Source: the human T2T-CHM13v2.0 reference genome, Homo sapiens. From it: a DNA stretch of 64,000 bases. The stretch lies in assembly GCF_009914755.1 (NCBI RefSeq), contig NC_060925.1. The stretch is one strand, 5' to 3'. This document shows positions 1 through 12,830 of this stretch, one piece after another (within the stretch, counting starts at the first letter, position 1; every line of letters begins with the position of its first letter). Both the position numbers and the translations under genes were made by a program. The notes beneath the pieces are model-generated. The model was not told where the DNA came from and did not search any database. It was given only the letters and a program-made list of their open reading frames with translations.

Positions 1-2968
1 AGATTAGTAAAGTACAAAAACAGTCTAAATAGAGAAAAAGCAAGTCAGGTCTTTCCTTTAAAAGTTAAGTATGGCACTTTTCATTTTAATAAGGTAAATG
101 ATTTTAAAAACCTGACATTTTTTAGAAGAAAAAAAAAACTAGCTATGAGCCATCACTTGTGAACCATCTGGTATATAAAATATTTCCCTTATTTAAAAAA
201 TGTTTCTGTAAAATACTTCGGAGTCATGAAATCATGCCGTGGTCCTGAGGCCTCAACTGGACAGATTTATGATGAACTAATGAAGATATAAGAATGAAAA
301 AAAGAAAGAGATCACTGTTAACAGAAGCAGCATTAAGGACAAAGTATACTGAATATATTGAAACAGCTTCATGGAAATGAAGCCAAGAAGTTGCATGTAT
401 ATACGTGAGAAAGATTATCATTACAGTGGTAGTTGGAAAAAGTAACAAACACTGGGTATTTGTCTATCATTAACATAAACCAACTGTTGCAGACAGTTAA
501 ACTGTGGCTTTGTAAGGAGAATAAAGCCTGATAAAAAAAGTGACTTCTGCATATCATATATATGTATACATATATTTTCTCACATAGACGTCTAGTTATA
601 AGTAAATCAACATTTAGCTACAACTTTTCCTCTCTTGGGTCCAGCATCAAAAGATTTGATATTCATGAACATGCCCTACACCTGGTTAGGAAGTTATGTA
701 TTTATACTCATAGCCTTTATTGTATCTGACCAGGGTGAATAAAATGAAATCTCCTGGGACCTCAAGTCCATTTCTTACCACTATAAGCATATTAACAGAT
801 ATATATCAAAACATACTTGTTTACTGTTAGGTAAAAGAGCATGTTTCAGTACTAAATAATAAACTATGCCTGCTACCAATAACATGCACATAATGGTATA
901 ATAAAAGTAATTTTTCATGAAAATATTTTGAAAGAAGCTACATTATAAATATTTAAAGAAACGTTAAAAATCAGAGTGAAAATCAGATTAGTGTTCTGAA
1001 ACTGAGTAGAAAAATAGACTTATAAAAAAAAGAATGTCTCATTAAGTGAAGCATTAAATGTAAAGTTGTCTTTTTAGTGTAAATTTCAAATCTCACCCTT
1101 TGAGAGGTAAAATCTTCCTCTCTCCTAAACAGGTACCTATAATTGATTTGGGAACTGGGCATATCGCAGAACGAAAAAGCAGATGACACAAGGCTAAGGG
1201 CAGTGCCGTGATTTTCACATGGCCTTAGAAAAGCGAGGGGCATTCATAAGGCTGAGTAGATAGCAACTTGGAGAAATACTGAATAAATGTGAGCAGTTTG
1301 AAAACAGTAATGCATTTGTCCACCCTAAATGAGCTAATACTCAAAGCCCAGACATTAGATTTTAAAAGGGGTTTGCTTTCCAGGACAGATTGTACAAAAT
1401 TTGGGAAAATCGTTGTAAATAATTACTTCCTGGGGTTGATTCCTTTTTGAGGGGAAGTTTTTAACCTTTCCTTAGTAGTTACTTTTAATGAACTGAAGAA
1501 GAATTAAAGCATCAAAGGCCTAGTGTATGATTTGACTCCGAAGTGACCCTCTCTTCTACTTTGATAAAGTCAAGATACCTTATTGGCCATAGGAGATTCC
1601 TCCTTTTGGGGCTACCCCCATACCTGGAAATTCCAAGAGTGTGAGGGCTATATTTGGGCCCAGAGGAAAATCAAGGAACCCCATATCCAGCTGCTAAAGC
1701 CCTTGGGCCCAAGGAGTGTACCACTGAATCCAAGGCTCTCTTGGGTAGCCTATGTGCCTCTTGGATGGTATGTGAACAAGGTAGGGATGAAACTGCAGAT
1801 GTCTGAAAAGAGCTTAAGCATCCTGACAGCTTGCATTTTTTTTTAAATTTTTTTTTTCCTCACCGTATTCCACATACCTGTGGCTGGGGAAGGTAATGTT
1901 ACCTCTGCAAACAGATGCTCTGGTAAGAGAAGAAAGACACAGGGAAGGCAGAGAGAGCAAGACAGAGGGCTCAATCACAAAGCTGGGACAAGGAGAGCAG
2001 CTGTTTTTCACACATTCCTGCTCCTCTCTCAGCTGGGCTCATGTTCACTCCGTTTCATTCCAATCATCAGGGTGGAGATTTCAGAGGTGCCTATCCCTAA
2101 TCCAGTAGAGAACATGAGCCCTGGGAGCACAGCTGCCTGGAGTCCTCCCAAGGGTCTCCTCCCCTTTTCCAGACTCAGCATCATTGAAGCCCTAACGGGT
2201 CCTTGTAAATTAATGTTTCATATTATCGAAGGACTGTCAGTTTAGTTTGGTACAGTTTATTGTAGCCTAAGAGGTCCAGCAAGATTTCAAGAGAGGAGAG
2301 ATGATTGCATTACTTGATTACAATGAATACAATCTTTAGGATACTCTTTACTTTTTGTACAATAACGATATGAAAGGAATTTTTTATTCTACCTATACAC
2401 AGCTCAAAATAAAGGTATAACTTCTGGAACTGAGAAACTGATGGTATGGAGAGAGGGACGTTTTCATAAGAAAATAGCTTTGATAAGTGTATACACAAAG
2501 GCATATATATATACACACAAACACCCCTCTCTCTTATATACTATACAGGCTGGCACACGCCTTATAAAGAATATAATATCAAGGCTTTAGGATTTCAATG
2601 AATTTTGGAATTTTAATTTGACAGGTGCTTAGGCCATTTAGGTCCTGACATATCGGAATCCCTTGTATTTCTAAAGTATATAATTATGTTTTTAAAAAGG
2701 CCCAGATCAACTTTCCTTAAACAGTAACCCAACATAAAGCCATAGTTACCAAGTGGAAAATAAGATTGTTATTCTGTATTAAATCAGTAAAGGGTATTTT
2801 AAGAGAAAGGACAACTTGGAAAATAGAGACTTCAGAGTCCATTATTCCAAGCTGAGAACATTTTAGTTATTAGCAGTGGTTACCAAATAAGCTGAAGGTA
2901 AATCTCTTCAAGGAGCTGCTCATAATTTGCGTTGTTGGGAAGAGGCGAGGAGCTGTTTCTCTATTCCA
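1..2968 (-). other. GNG12: Long 3'UTR, probably continuing beyond the window start
   Basis: AT-rich, Alu-free sequence directly after the stop codon. Minus-strand AATAAA at 2383-2388, 2256-2261 and 716-721. GNG12 is known to have a multi-kb 3'UTR. Confidence 0.85.
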
Positions 2969-3094
2969 CTATAAGATGATGCAAGTTTTTTTATCCTTGA
3001 AAGGGTTTTCTGAAGTTGGTATTCCTATCAGCAAAGGGTCACTCCTGGCATGTTCCTCACAGTAGGACATGAGGTCCGCTGATGCCTTCGAAAC
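2969..3094 (-). CDS. GNG12: G protein gamma-12, last coding exon ([41 protein letters not shown])
   Basis: Translated by hand; absent from the ORF track. Acceptor tgtcag|GTT at 3095/3094, G-gamma motifs DPLL and NPF, CAAX box CIIL, TAG at 2971-2969. Joined to the first exon it gives 72 aa. Confidence 0.98.
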   Translation of the reverse strand, partial: VSKASADLMSYCEEHARSDPLLIGIPTSENPFKDKKTCIIL

Positions 3095-3539
3095 CTGACA
3101 TGGAGATAAATCAAACAAACAAGAAAGAAAATATTTTACTTGCACACTTTCAGAGCGTATTTGAATGCTAGGCTATTGAATGGAAGACTGATTTGAACAA
3201 GATAATCAGAGTCTCAAAGCATCACTCTCAGATTCTTGTCAGGTATAAAAAGGAAATGGTACCTTTAAAATGGTGCAATTTGGCAGGTAAGGTCTTTCTT
3301 AACCAAGCAACTTAACAATGGTCAGACAAACTGGCACCATGTATCCCTTCATGGGAGTGCTGAGGACACACCGCCAGCTAATGAGCTAGCATTCCTGTCC
3401 AACATTGAACTGGAGTCCAATCAGCGAACGATCACACCCGAAGTGAGGGTGATTCTGCAAAATAAGTGGCCTGGATTCTTCAAAAATGGACTGTGTGTGA
3501 GGTATTCTTATTAGATAATCCTGAACTGCAAATAACTTT

Positions 3540-3730
3540 CAAGGGTTTAAAGAAGACATTATATATGTTTTGTGTGTATGTGTGTACAGACAGAAGGAGG
3601 GAGAGAGACAGTGCAAGCAAGTACATGTGGTCAAATGTTAAAAACTGGTGAATCCTGGTAAACGGTTTATAAATGTTTGTTGTTACAACTCTTCAGCAGG
3701 TTTGAAATGTCTCAAAATAAAAAGTTAGGG
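3540..3730 (+). mobile_element. Old L1M 3'-end fragment
   Basis: Contains caaatgttaaaaactggtgaatcctggtaaacgg...gtttgaaatgtctcaaaataaaaagtt, typical of L1M 3' ends. Confidence 0.55.
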
Positions 3731-4158
3731 GCCAGGTGAGAAAAAGCATATGTGAATCAAGGGAAGGTTGTATCTTAAATTCTACCCAGAAAAAAACAGA
3801 TTGGAATGCAGAACACACTTTAAGAACTGAACGATGGGCTCGGAGCCAAAACTCTGGAGCCAAGTTGTGGAGCTTCAGGATTTACTGTTAGAGATTGGGC
3901 TTGCGGAAGTAAAAAGAGAGACGAAACCAGCATGGGAAGAGGCAGTACCTTACTCCCGCATGAATTAAACACGGAAAATATCATGCCCTGTTTCAGAAGT
4001 CTGGGAGGGAGATCCTACAGAATAGGATCTCTTTGCCCTAAGCAAAGAGCAATGGGGCAGCTGAGCCCTGTCTAGCACAGCCCAGATAGCCTCATGCTGG
4101 GAAGACAGGTGACTATCTCCAGGCCCAGAGGAATGGATCAAGTGATTGCTTCAGTTTC

Positions 4159-4476
<318 letters not shown>

Positions 4477-5110
4477 AACTGCTTCAGTTTCAAGGAAGAA
4501 CTAGTCATAACATTCCAGGGCACTCACTGCCTAGTTCTCTCTTGGGATTTAGGGGAAAAGACTTCGAAGTCAGGTGATCTAAGAAATGCATTCCAGTTTC
4601 TCTATGGGATCTCAACTAAAGCTCGCATTATTACTCTGGGCACAGAAAGTGGTCACTGAGGGCCAAACACATTTAAAAGCTTCATTTCCCTAAAAAGGAA
4701 ACCTAGACTGCTGACTTCTTACGTGAAGCTGCCTCAGCTGCACTGATAATTCTAGAACACTTAAATTCCAAAGGAATGACTAGGGTGTTTATGAAGTCTA
4801 CTTGGAACCCCTGTCCCACTTTAGAACACAGGGATCAACGGACTTGACCATGTTCATTCAGGGGAGACAGGTCCTTAGGAAATCCTGTCCAGAGTTTTAC
4901 AAACAGAGAGGCTAATGCAGACACTTTTGAAGTGAGGCCCATGCTATATAGGAAAATGAAAGTTAGGATTTTGAGACTCTCAGCCTGTTCTGGAAAAATC
5001 CTGGAAGCAAGCGGAATGAAATGGTATTATCTTCTCTGACAAGTGGTCCAGCCACAAGGAACAGGGGGAACTGAGCAGAAAGCATATGTTATCCAGTCGG
5101 GGCTTCTTAC

Positions 5111-5203
5111 CTTTATTCTTTCAATGGAGGCTTCTAATCTTAACTGCTGCACAGTTCTCCTTGCCTGGGCTATATTGTTGGTGCTTGCTGTTTTGCTGGA
5201 CAT
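5111..5203 (-). CDS. GNG12: G protein gamma-12, first coding exon (codons 1-31, MSSKTASTNNIAQARRTVQQLRLEASIERIK)
   Basis: The translation is the recognisable GNG12 N-terminus with its SSK motif. ATG at 5203-5201 has A at -3 and an in-frame TAA just upstream. Phase-0 donor AAG|GTAAGA at 5111/5110. Confidence 0.98.
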
Positions 5204-5229
5204 CTTCAATTATTGTTTTTACCTGAAAT
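5204..5229 (-). other. GNG12: 5'UTR part of the ATG-containing exon (26 nt)
   Basis: Acceptor ttctcctcag|ATTTCAGGTAAAAACAATAATTGAAG-ATG. A second AG lies 7 nt further in, so the exact boundary is slightly uncertain. Confidence 0.75.
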
Positions 5230-7328
5230 CTGAGGAGAATTTTTTTTAAAGACAAGTAACAGGCATCTTTAAGTTATTTAAACATTCATAATAATATGTT
5301 CTACTTAAAGGGAAATAGATGGATTTTCCTAGTCATCACAGCTTCTTGGAGGCAGTTACTAAAACACCCCTTAGAAATTCGAGTGGTGACCTAGGTATCT
5401 AAGTTTGTCATCCATTTGAGCACCTACATAAATCTTTAGTTTGCAGAAACCCAGCACTAGCAGTTTAATCGATGCACCCCAACATATAACACAAAACTAG
5501 ACTTTTCTAGGATTTCCTAAGAGGAAACAAATACGCAAACACTTGTAGCACTTAGGGGACCTGTGGCAAAAGTGAGCATTTGCTATGGGAGGCATATTAC
5601 ATGTCAGTTTAATATTACTGCTACCTACTTTCACAGAAGGTTTGATTTCATTTCTTTTGGGCTCTTGCCCCCAACTATTAGGCTGATCAAAGACTTGGCA
5701 ACAGAAAATGAGAAGAGAGCTCCTCTAGAGAACTTTGAATAAAGGGTGCTTATTTTTAGACACTATCATGATGTGGAATCGTTTTGAAAGTGTTAGGCAC
5801 ATAAGGAAGTCTTTATTCATGAAAGAGTGAAAACTTTCAGTGGAGACTCTCCGTGATAGATCCACTGTAAATGTCAGGTGGGATATATGAGTAGCCTACA
5901 GTCTGAAATAATTAATAAAACGTTATTATTCCCTCCTTTGACCTCTCCCTGGTCTCATCGTGATGGTCTGGGCACTTGCTAATCCTATTACTCCATCATA
6001 TGTTCGTGGATTGATTCTCCTCTCTAGCCTGAGCTGTTGGCCTCTAGGCTGCCCTGCTGCCCTCTCTCCTTAGCCACCTGGTGTAAAGCAATGGAAACAG
6101 AAACATCCTGGCCCTTGCTTTACAAACTGGTTGTCCAATAGCACATTTCAAGAGGAAGGCAGGCTGGGGGAAAAGTGTTGCCTGGTGCCCTGACCTATAT
6201 GGCTAAGTTCATTCTCATCAGGGTGGCAACTGAAGGAAAACGCAGGGCTGGCAGGCCTGGTAGCAGTGTGGCAGTTTTATGACTCATGGGAGCAGGTGGA
6301 CAGTAGGTGTGCCTCCCCGGCGCTATGTGAGGGCTCAGCAAAGTCTTAGGGCTCCGTGGCGCCAGCAGCAAACCCAGGCTGACTCAACCTTTTGGAGAGG
6401 CTACAGCTGAATAATGTAATTCTGCCATAAAGGCCGAGACCAGACAAAGCTGCAAAAAAACACTAGCAACCCAGACTCCAGGGCATCCATCACGTGGGCA
6501 CCACGGTGCTCCACACTGAGTTCTACCAGACTTAGAATATTCCCAAAGGCCGAGTTCTACGACTTGGGTAGGGCTTGTAGCCTCTGTGGTCAGAGGAAGT
6601 TTTGGGTCAAATGCACAAATAAAATTGTGCTTTTAACTGTGTGCAAAATTTTGAAATCAGCCTAATAAGCAACCTTCACATTCCAAAGGATTTTTTGGGG
6701 GGATTCAATTTACCGTTGCACATCAAGTGTTTTGCATAGGACCAAGGCATTCCATGAACTGCAGCTGCTAGTATTTTTATCCTTGGGGGTCACATACTGC
6801 ACAGTGAATTGCAGTTCCCTGTTTACCTGTTTGTTCTGCACCTCCCCAACAAGTGGTCAATGAGCCTCAAGGGTTTTGATTGAGCGGGTATGGGTGGGGC
6901 TATCGGCACCAGCCCTTTTTAGAGTCCCTGGGCAATTTGTGCCACTAGTGTCAGAGCCCAATGCAAAGACTAGTGACAGCCATCAGAGGATTTCCCTAGG
7001 AATAAGGAAGCTCTAGCAGTACAGAAAACTAGGAGGATGAAGCATGTGGCAGGGCAGGGTGGGCTTGCCTTGTGCTAAGCCTTGGACAAGCTCATTTCAA
7101 CACATTCCCAGAGTAGCTACCTCTTCCTCGGATTCCTCAGTCATCCCTGCCCCACCCAAAAGAGAGGCCTAGGGTCTCTCTGATTCTGCTCACACCGAGT
7201 GGCCTGGCCCAATCCCTTTCTGTGCTCCCAGACCAGCACTTACTAACAGAGCCTCTGAAATGCAACTGAGGAAGTAGGCAACCTCACCCTGAACAGTGTG
7301 CAGTGCTCTGACTCACAGCAAGTTGCAG

Positions 7329-7708
7329 ATATATATATATATAAATATATATATATTTGTATATATATTTATATATATATAGTTATATATATATTTTTAT
7401 ATATAGTTATATATATATTTTTATATAGTTATATATATAGTTATATATATAGTTATAGTTATATATATAGTTATATATATAGTTATATATATAGTTATAT
7501 ATATATAGTTATATATATAGTTATATATATAGTTATAGTTATATATATAGTTATATATATATAGTTATATATATAGTTATATATATAGTTATATATATAG
7601 TTATATATATATAGTTATATATATAGTTATATATATATAGTTATATATATAGTTATATATATAGTTATATATATATAGTTATATATATAGTTATATATAT
7701 ATATAGTT
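7329..7708. repeat. AT-rich tandem array, unit about AGTTATATATAT (12-14 nt)
   Basis: Directly visible; no C on the + strand for 380 bp. Confidence 0.98.
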
Positions 7709-8678
7709 CCCTGCAGCAAGTAAAACTGGGCTCCCCTTCCAACTGGCGCTGGTTCTGAGGCCCCCAGAATGCGAACATGACACCCTTTCTCAGTGACCTG
7801 TGGTTTCTATGTTGCACCCTAAGGACTTTCTAAATGTTCCCTTTGCATGAGGATAAGGTCAAGCATTCTCTTCTTCCCAATCTCCAGGGCATAAAGTTTC
7901 CAAGGCCTGAGCAAGTTTTCCAGTAACTGCAGAACAGTTCACACATATCAGGACTGGACCAGTAATTGCTCCCACCCGGCATGGCCACTGGCAAGCAGTC
8001 TACAGTCAGACTCTATTAATATTTATAAAATGCTCGGGTAGGTCCCTCTAAAGTTGGCGAGACACTCAGCATTTAGTACATGAAGGTCTTTCTTACTTCC
8101 TGACTATATTATAGTCAAGACTAAAAACAGCCAGCAATTCATGATTCACACTTGCCAGCTCAGGCTTCTTGCAGCTTTCCCTCATTCTGATATCTGCGTT
8201 CAGACCTGCTTCTTCAGAGGGCTTTCTCCAACCTCGTTACTCAGAGGCTCCCTGCTCCCTTCCAATGGGGTATTCCTGCTGGTCCCAGGCTCGACAAAGT
8301 CCATGCAACACATTTTTAATTGAGTACTACTGCTACTAAGTACAATATGTTGAGAATAAATGGGTAGGACAGGCACACAGCTCCTGCCCTCACAGAGAAA
8401 ACGTTAAACAAGCCATTAGACAACCCCTTCTGCTTCAGGCATAGCCTAGCCCCTTCTCCTGCTCTGCTACCCCTCTCAGGCTCCTAACTCAATTTCTCTT
8501 CTGAAAGTCCCTTCTCATCTGCTGGTACAAACATGGATAGCCTCACCCAGAATACAAATTAAAGTTTAGGAGATAGGTAATTTTTACACCTTCATAGATT
8601 TATTAAACACAAACAACTTTCTATGAATATTGTATAGCAATTGCTTTGGGAAGTCGATTAAATGGGGGTAACTGTGAT

Positions 8679-9278
8679 TGCAGGGGAATGAAAAATGACT
8701 TCCCTCTACCTTTCTCAGTTCTATGGCTGGGCTACAAATTAACCTGACATATAAACAGGTTGACAGGAGGAAAACTGTATTTAATTATGTATGTACACAC
8801 GGGAGTGCCACAAATATGAGACTCAAAGTGGTCAGATGATGAAAGCTCACATAGGATCCTGAGCTACAGAAAAGAATGGGAGTTCAGGGTTTCTCGGGGG
8901 GGTGGTGGCAACGAGTTATGGGAGGTAAGGGGAAGAGATAAATGGTGAATAAAGGTGGTTTTCTCATGCACACAGAAATTCTCAGTTAATACAAGTTGTT
9001 TCACAGCAGCCCTCGGAAGAAGAGGTGACAGTCTGTCTGGGTGTGGTATCACCTCCAGTCTCCCCTCTTGGGATCCGAGTTAATCTTTCCCAGTTGATAA
9101 GATTTCTGGGAGAATATTTGTGACAACTAAGTTCCTTTTGGAGGATCTGTCTTTAGGCCGATAAGGGGAGCTCAGAGAATGCCTCTGCCTACATCTGCTG
9201 TTCCCCAAGTGTCCTCAGTTCAAAGTAATCAGCACACCAAAGTGTTATATTTTGGGTGGCATTTCCTGAACTCCTTCA
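8679..9278 (-). mobile_element. ERV1-class solo LTR (MER34-like), 600 bp
   Basis: The minus strand begins TGAAGGAGTTCAGGAAATGCCACCCAAAATAT and ends in CA. ATTAAA lies about 100 nt from the end (8780-8785). Imperfect 4-bp TSD tgat/tggt. Confidence 0.75.
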
Positions 9279-9855
9279 TGGTCATTCTTAGAAAAAGCTG
9301 TACACTGGGCCACTGGAAAGGAAGATAATTTCTGATCATAACATTCTTCCTATGGAGAAAGCAGATCAAAATTAGACCGTTTCAAGTTAAGGAGCCTCTG
9401 GTTTGCTGAGTTGCCACATGGCTGCACAAAGAGGGCCACTGTGTGATCCCTGAGAGGCAGAGGTGTTTACAGGAGCTGGAGTTCTAGCTAAGGACTTCCT
9501 TCTGACTTGCAGCTGCTCTGCAGCTCCTCAACAGCTGGGCTGTGCACAACAAGATAGAAAGCCTGGGGAAACAAATATCTCCAAATATCTCTGTGCCTTT
9601 GGAGGGTTTTCTTTGGTCTTCCCTCAGTGGTGAGGATGTCTGGCTGTTTTTTCTACTAGGTAGATAAAAAGCTTGCTTTATTCTTACACCAAGAATAGCT
9701 TCCAAGGCAAACAATACCTGATATTTGTATGGAACCTGTGAGCACACATGTTGCTTGCATATGCATTATTCCATGAAGCCTCACTATAATCCTGAAAGGT
9801 TTCTTATTAGATGAGGCAATCAAAGTTAGAAAATCTTGCTTCAAAAGTTAACCCA

Positions 9856-10151
<296 letters not shown>

Positions 10152-10259
10152 TTAACCCAGTTCGTAAGCCTTTTCATTCTAGAAGCCACCCTTCCCACTG
10201 CGCCAAGGAAAGGATTAATTCCAATTAGTTTGATTCATAAACACTCAGGGCATCAGTGA

Positions 10260-10502
<243 letters not shown>

Positions 10503-11479
10503 TGACACGCGGTGACCTAAAGTAGGGGGCTTGCTGATTGCCTTGTGTTTGTGTAACACCTCCCTTCTCATGCATGCAAGCTAAACAAGACAGTTTCGGC
10601 TCCTAGACAAGGACTGAAGTTAGCATCTGCAGATCTTGAGCCACCAAGTATTCTATCCCACCCAGAAGGGCCAAGGCCTGTGCATGCCTGTGCAGACTGC
10701 CAGTCGGATAACACTCTGGCTATCACTTCTGCAGCCTTGCTTTCATTTTTGCATATGGGTAACAGATTTGAATAAACACATGTAGTATTTAGCTATTCAA
10801 ATACTTCGCATTGGTTTTAATGCTGTGTTTCATCTGAATTCTCAGGTTCCTAGAAATTCCTAGGAACATGATGGTCCATTAGGGAAATATGGGTATTTTC
10901 ATCTTTGTCAAGAGGGGCCTGAAGCAGGGAGAGCAGGGTGGGGATGGAAAGAGTGTCACAGAGCACACTCTGGGAGGAAGGCACCAGGAAGCCCCAGGGT
11001 CTGAATCACAAGCCATTATGGCCTGGCCAGTAATTGAATCACTGGAGTGAAGCCAACTTTCATGAGCAAACACACCCATGTGGCTGTAATAAAAGAGCAG
11101 GTTAAAAGAAAAAAAAAAGCCACTGGCTCCCACTTACTCTCTGGTCTTGCCTTCAACTTTCAATGTCTTTCTCTAGCTCTTTATCTGCCTCTTCTTCTGT
11201 AAAAGAGGGACTACAATGCAGACCTCATAGGGTTGTCAGGGGAGAAACAGAAGCACCTTCCCTTGCACATACAAATGTTTACTAAATGCCGGCCCCTAGG
11301 CTCACTAACAAGATGAAAAACATGTGCTTGGTGGGAAATGAAAAAGATTCCAGAAACAACAGAAGAATTTCAAGGTAATGTGACCAGGTAGCAACAGCTA
11401 TCTAATGTGGCCTTACTGAGTAGGCAGAGTTAGGTTCTTAAGAATAGTTCCTCTATTTTCATGAGCAGTTCTTATTTAT

Positions 11480-11760
11480 ATCAAAGCCTGCAGGCTAAAT
11501 CCAGGCTGCAGATGTGTTTGGTTGGGCCCCATACAGTGTTAACTCCATTGTGTGTGTGTGTTTTAACTTTAAATTGAATGTCAACGTTTGAAAAATGGAG
11601 AGATTTCATTTTAAAAGGAAGACTTCTGGAAAAATCAGAAAATCCTATAAAACTGGGCTGGATCTGAGCAGCAGCTGCCCCTTCAAGCATTTGCTGGTAC
11701 ACCTGCCAGGCCCTCTATTTGAACTTGTGGCACTGCCTTTACACTATGCCTTGGATATTT
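11480..11760. mobile_element. hAT-Charlie MITE (MER102-like)
   Basis: Contains gcctgcaggctaaatccaggctgcagatgtgtttggttgggccc...tctgagcagcagctgcccc; related to 39170-39450. Confidence 0.55.
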
Positions 11761-11789
11761 AGTTCCAGGGACACATTCAGGGATTCGCC

Positions 11790-11990
11790 GGGGGCATCTG
11801 GGCTCACTCCCGTCCTGCCACTTCCCAGATCTAAGGCCTTGGGAGAGGACTGATAACGTATTTAAGCCTCAGCTTTCTCATTGGAAAAATGGGGATAACA
11901 ATACTTTCCTATCTCAAAGAACTGTTAAAGAGCATCAGATAAAATAAGTATGTGAGTGTAATAAACACAAAGGATACTTGGTTTCCGAGT
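11790..11990 (+). mobile_element. MIR
   Basis: Core gcctcagctttctcattggaaaaatggggataacaatac. Confidence 0.7.
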
Positions 11991-12140
11991 GTTTAGTATC
12001 TGCATCCTCTTACACACTGTGTGAAGTACACCCAGCACTTTGCATTCCTCAATGGACTGGAGCCAGGCAGCAGTTCTACCCTCCTCCTAGCATGCCTCAC
12101 TGGACTGCGGGGCTGGAAAGTGGAAAACTACATCTTCCAG

Positions 12141-12830
12141 TGGGATGGGCTGAATTGTGTCCCCCAAAATTTATATGTTGAAATCCTTACCCCCAGTAAT
12201 TCAGAACATGACTGTACTCGGAGACAGGGTCTTTAAGGAGGCAATCAATTTAAAATGAGGTCATTAATCCAAAATGATTGGCATCCTTATGAGAACGAGA
12301 AATTTGGACATAGATGGGGACAGAGAGAAGACCATGTGAACGCAGAGGGAGAAAACGGCCATCTTTTGTTTGTTTGTTTGTTTTTGAGATGGAGTTTCAC
12401 TCTTGTTGCCCAGGCTGGAGTGCAGTGGCGCGATCTCGGCTCACTGCAGCCTCCACCTATTTCAAGCGGTTCTCCTGCCTTAGCCTCCCGAGTAGCTGGG
12501 ATTACAGGCACCCGCCACCACACCTGGCTAATTTTTGTATTTTTAGTAGAGACGGGGTTTCACCATGTTGGCCAGGCTGGTCTTGAACTCCTGACCTCGT
12601 GATCCACCCGCCTCACCCTCTCAAAGTGTTGGGATTACAGGCGTGAGCCACTGTGCCTGGCCTCGACCATCTACTAATAAATGCCAAGAGTGAGGCCTCA
12701 GAAGCGGCCAACCCTGCCAATGTCTTGATCTCAGACGTCTAGCTTCCAGAAATGTGAGAAAATTCATTTCTGTTGTTTAAGCCCCCTGGTCTGTGGCAGT
12801 TTGTTATGGCGTTCCTAGCACACTATCACA
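12141..12830 (+). mobile_element. MaLR solo LTR (MLT1B-like), split by an Alu
   Basis: Starts tgggatgggctgaattgtgtcccccaaaatttatatgttgaa and ends tttgttatggcgttcctagcacactatcaca. Confidence 0.85.
12364..12662 (-). mobile_element. AluS inserted in MLT1B
   Basis: (TTTG)n tail and both arms; TSD cggccatct/cgaccatct. Confidence 0.95.

Noticed and set aside
1880-2245. 121-aa ORF antisense to the 3'UTR
   Set aside because: Non-ATG start, no homology recognised, and a length compatible with chance.
5027-5209. 60-aa ORF MKMSSK...CQRR as a GNG12 isoform
   Set aside because: It starts at a TTG two codons before the real ATG and reads through the GTAAGA donor. It lacks the DPLL/NPF half of the domain, and CQRR is not a canonical CAAX box.
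6940-6956. CTCF-like GCCACTAGTGTCAG
   Set aside because: One base is missing from the core spacing.
7298-7564. Tyr/Ile/Ser-rich ORF
   Set aside because: Translation of the AT-rich tandem array.
7329-7708. CRISPR-like array
   Set aside because: Simple tandem units with no unique spacers, in eukaryotic DNA.
12255-12602. Alu-derived ORFs here and at 4201, 10260, 14658, 21977, 36209 and 55405
   Set aside because: Standard Alu translation products (e.g. [10 protein letters not shown]), with no independent gene structure.
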